From Jimgerdemannia flammicorona (Eukaryota): 36,529 nucleotides of DNA. Both the position numbers and the translations under genes were made by a program. The notes beneath the pieces were generated by a model. It searched no databases. It saw only the letters and a list, made by a program, of their open reading frames with translations, and was not told the DNA's origin. Location: contig RBNJ01000214.1 in assembly GCA_003990765.1 (NCBI GenBank), positions 1-36,529 of the forward strand, in the 5' to 3' direction. This document shows, in pieces, positions 33,770-36,529 of this stretch (its first letter is position 1; each line of letters begins with the position of its first letter).

Positions 33770-36372
33770 ATATAGTAGCTGAAGAGAGAGGGAGGACTAC
33801 TAATAAAGAGAGAATTACTAATCTGGAAAAAAATCTAGATATGACAGCTGATGATAGATCTAGGTAGAGGGGTGATATAAGGTCCAGAGACTTGACTGAT
33901 AGTATAACAGATCTGGTAGTGGTACTATTACTTAAGAAATTAGTTTCTGAATTTACTATTATATTGTAATTTCAGAGCTTAGTAGTCACAATGAGAATAG
34001 TTCTGAGGCTTCTGGCTCAGGAGGTAAAGAGAGTAATCTTGGTAAAGTTTCTGAAGCTAGAGAGTAGAGGTGGGCTTTGAGGAGGAGAATTTGATGCTGG
34101 AAGTATTAAAGATAGAGGTAATAGTCAGGGAGGTGATCTCTATGGCTTAGTATCTTTCTGGTAATTGTAAATAATCATATAGCTTATCTGTGGGCCCAAG
34201 AAAGAGACTGGCAAAATGGCAGATAGTGTGTAAGAAATATAGACTTCTATGAAAGTACAGGATAGAGAGGACTATCTGGAGGTATTAATATCTCTGGATA
34301 CTCAGTAGAGAGAGATGGATAAACTTAAGACTGAAAGGAACTTAGATGTAACTGATAATATAATAAGTATGGAATTATAGAGTAAGTGGTTCTTTTTTAA
34401 ATATTATTCAATATATAGTATAACTAGAATCTTTTCTTTAAATATTAATAGATTGTAGGAGATATTGAGGTGTTGAAATATTTTCTACTAGCTAAGGAGA
34501 CTGGATGCTGATCTGTTCTTACTATAGGATGTGAGATGTGATAAAGACTTAGATATGTTAGACTGGATGAGAGAATGGTGAGATGTGACTGTATGGAGGG
34601 ATAGAGTGAGTATTCTAGTTTAGAAGAGAAAGAGAGACATTGGGGATATTGGAAACTAGAGAAACAGAGTAGTGTGAGGAGTGTGGTAGAGGTCAGGCTG
34701 GGGTCCAGTAATAGTTGGATCTTGCTACTGTCTAGCAGAAAGAGGGGCTTACATAGAGTAGATAAGTAGATGGTAGAATTCAGATACTCTAATAGAGGCA
34801 GAGATTGACTGCTTGGGTGGAGACTTTAATATGGTATATGATGAGAGGTTGGACAGGACAGATAGAGAGAGGAGGCTGTCTATAAGGAGTGGAAGAATAG
34901 AAGGCTGAGAGAAGATTGAAAGATTGAGCTCTCTGGTAGATGTGGGCTGTCAAGGATAGGGAGAGTACTGGGTCTATATATATTAAGTAGCTGGGCTGGG
35001 CTTAAGAATTGACTAAATCTTGACTGCTAAGTACTGGGGTGAGTGATGTCTAAGAAATATTAGAGACAGTATAGTGCCTATAGTTTGATTATTAGAGTCT
35101 CCTAAGATGTGAAAGATTTAGAGGAAGTAGGAAGGGGCCTGGATATTAATATCTGAATACTTCTTTATTAGATAGGCTCTCTTTATAAGATGCCTGAGTA
35201 GTAGACATTAACTTCAGAATCCTTAGTTAGTAGACAGAAGGGCTTACTATTGGAGATTAATAGTAGTAATTGCAGTCTGATGCTCAGCAGTTCTGGGAGA
35301 AGACTGGGAGAGAGAAGAGCTCTCAAAGAAGAAGCTGTATGAGGTAGACTTCACATTGGTTAGAGAAGCTGTTAATAGAATGGACTGGATTGCTGGAGGG
35401 TGAGGAGGGGAGAATTGGAGGGTCCAGTATGTCAGGCTTGAGATAGAGGAATTACAGAGACTACTAAGACAGAAGAAGAACTTGTAGGTAAAAAGTATAG
35501 TGGCCCTGCTATAGAGGTAGGGTTTGGAAGAGGGGGAATGGCCTACAAAGTTTTTGTCTAGACTTCTTCAGATATAAGAGTATGATAGTAGTGAGATGGA
35601 GTATTAGATGAGTCCAGAGAGATAGTAGTGGAGACTCAGGGGATCTTGGGCCAATTGAGTGAGTGTTGGAAGTTATTATAGAGCAAAGAAAAAGGTAGAG
35701 AGGATACACTGGCTATTTAGTGGTATCTAGAAGACTGGTGCTCAGATCTAGCAGAAAGTCTGAGTGAACTTAAAGTATTGGTCCAATAGGAGGAGATTCT
35801 TTGAGTTTTGATAATGATAATCCTTGAGATAGTATCTGATGAGAATGGCTCACTCTAGAATTTCTAGAAGTGAATGGTAGGCATTAAGGTAGTATTAGAG
35901 AAGATGACTTAGATATATAATAAAGTTATTAACTTAGAGACTTAGATTAGAGGACAGCATTTGGGACTTATAGCTTTATTATATAAGAATAAGGAGAGAA
36001 GAGAGAAGTGGAAGAACTGAAGGCTAATTATGTTTCTAGATATAGATCACAAACTAGTTATAAAAATATTAGTGACCAGACTACAAATAATGACTCAGTA
36101 GATACTAGAGAAGAAGTAGAGGGACTTCATCAGTAGCAGATTGATCTGAGATAGAATAGTATAGATACATAAAGTTATTGAGAAAGTGTGAGCTATAGGG
36201 GTAAATAGTTGTTTAGTATTTTTAGACCAAGAGAAGGCTTATGACAGGGTCCAGCAAGTGTGACTAAAGAGAGTACTAAAGCATATTGGGATTCTCTCAG
36301 GATTCTAGTAGTCCTTGATCAGTCTGTTGGAGAAGAGTCAGGTGACTATTTTGGTAAATAGACACTAGGGGG
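33770..36372 (+). mobile_element. degraded L1/Tx1-like LINE (possible ORF1 remnant, AP endonuclease, start of RT)
   Basis: SLNINRL...DLFLL*DVR (~34430-34535), LGGDFN (34813-34830), KN*RLIMFLDIDHKL and FLDQEKAYDRV (36219-36251). Left boundary approximate. Confidence 0.85.
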
Positions 36373-36529
36373 TAGTGCTCCTAACGAGTCAATTTAATCC
36401 GGATTGGATTCGGATTGATTCGGATTGAATCCCATCTGGATCAACTCGGATGGGATTCGAATCAACCATTGTTTTGATTTCCAAATTAGACAATTAAATG
36501 TTTACATCAATAACTTGATGAATAATCAT
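36373..36529. mobile_element. young copy (left end) of the hAT-type MITE, inserted in the LINE RT
   Basis: tagtgctcctaacgagtcaatttaatccggattggattcgg aligns with 9160 onward and retains CpGs that the older copy has lost. Confidence 0.9.

Noticed and set aside
35509..35709. 66-aa minus-strand ORF
   Set aside because: Antisense to LINE ORF2.

Overview
Eukaryotic, most likely fungal, transposon graveyard with no intact host gene, rRNA, tRNA or CRISPR array. It is strongly CpG/CpA-depleted. Contents: (A) 5' part of a Ty3/Gypsy element (105-3709, -; 1.44-kb LTR, tRNA-Pro PBS) inserted into (B) a degraded related Gypsy copy (3710-~8085, -; PR, unknown ~1 kb domain, dUTPase, RT, RNase H). (D) A full-length, relatively young Gypsy element (10485-18769, +; 1.29-kb LTRs, 4-bp TSD) has gag-PR-dUTPase-RT-RH, a frame-separated integrase, and extra reading frames downstream of integrase that run into and lie inside U3. 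A Plavaka transposase pseudogene is split by (C), an apparently non-coding LTR element (20437-29048). C has different LTRs from D but shares D's PBS-leader, pre-PPT hairpin, PPT and 4-bp TSD length. C is itself interrupted by (E), a chromovirus with gag-dUTPase-PR-RT-RH-IN-chromodomain (20984-27022, -). There are also hAT-type MITEs and L1/Tx1-like LINE remnants. Most notable: LTR-encoded accessory ORF(s), the putative autonomous/non-autonomous pair D/C, dUTPase in all three pol regions in different contexts, and a RIP-like CpA>TpA mutation bias. All alignments and translations were done by eye, so boundaries of degraded parts are approximate.
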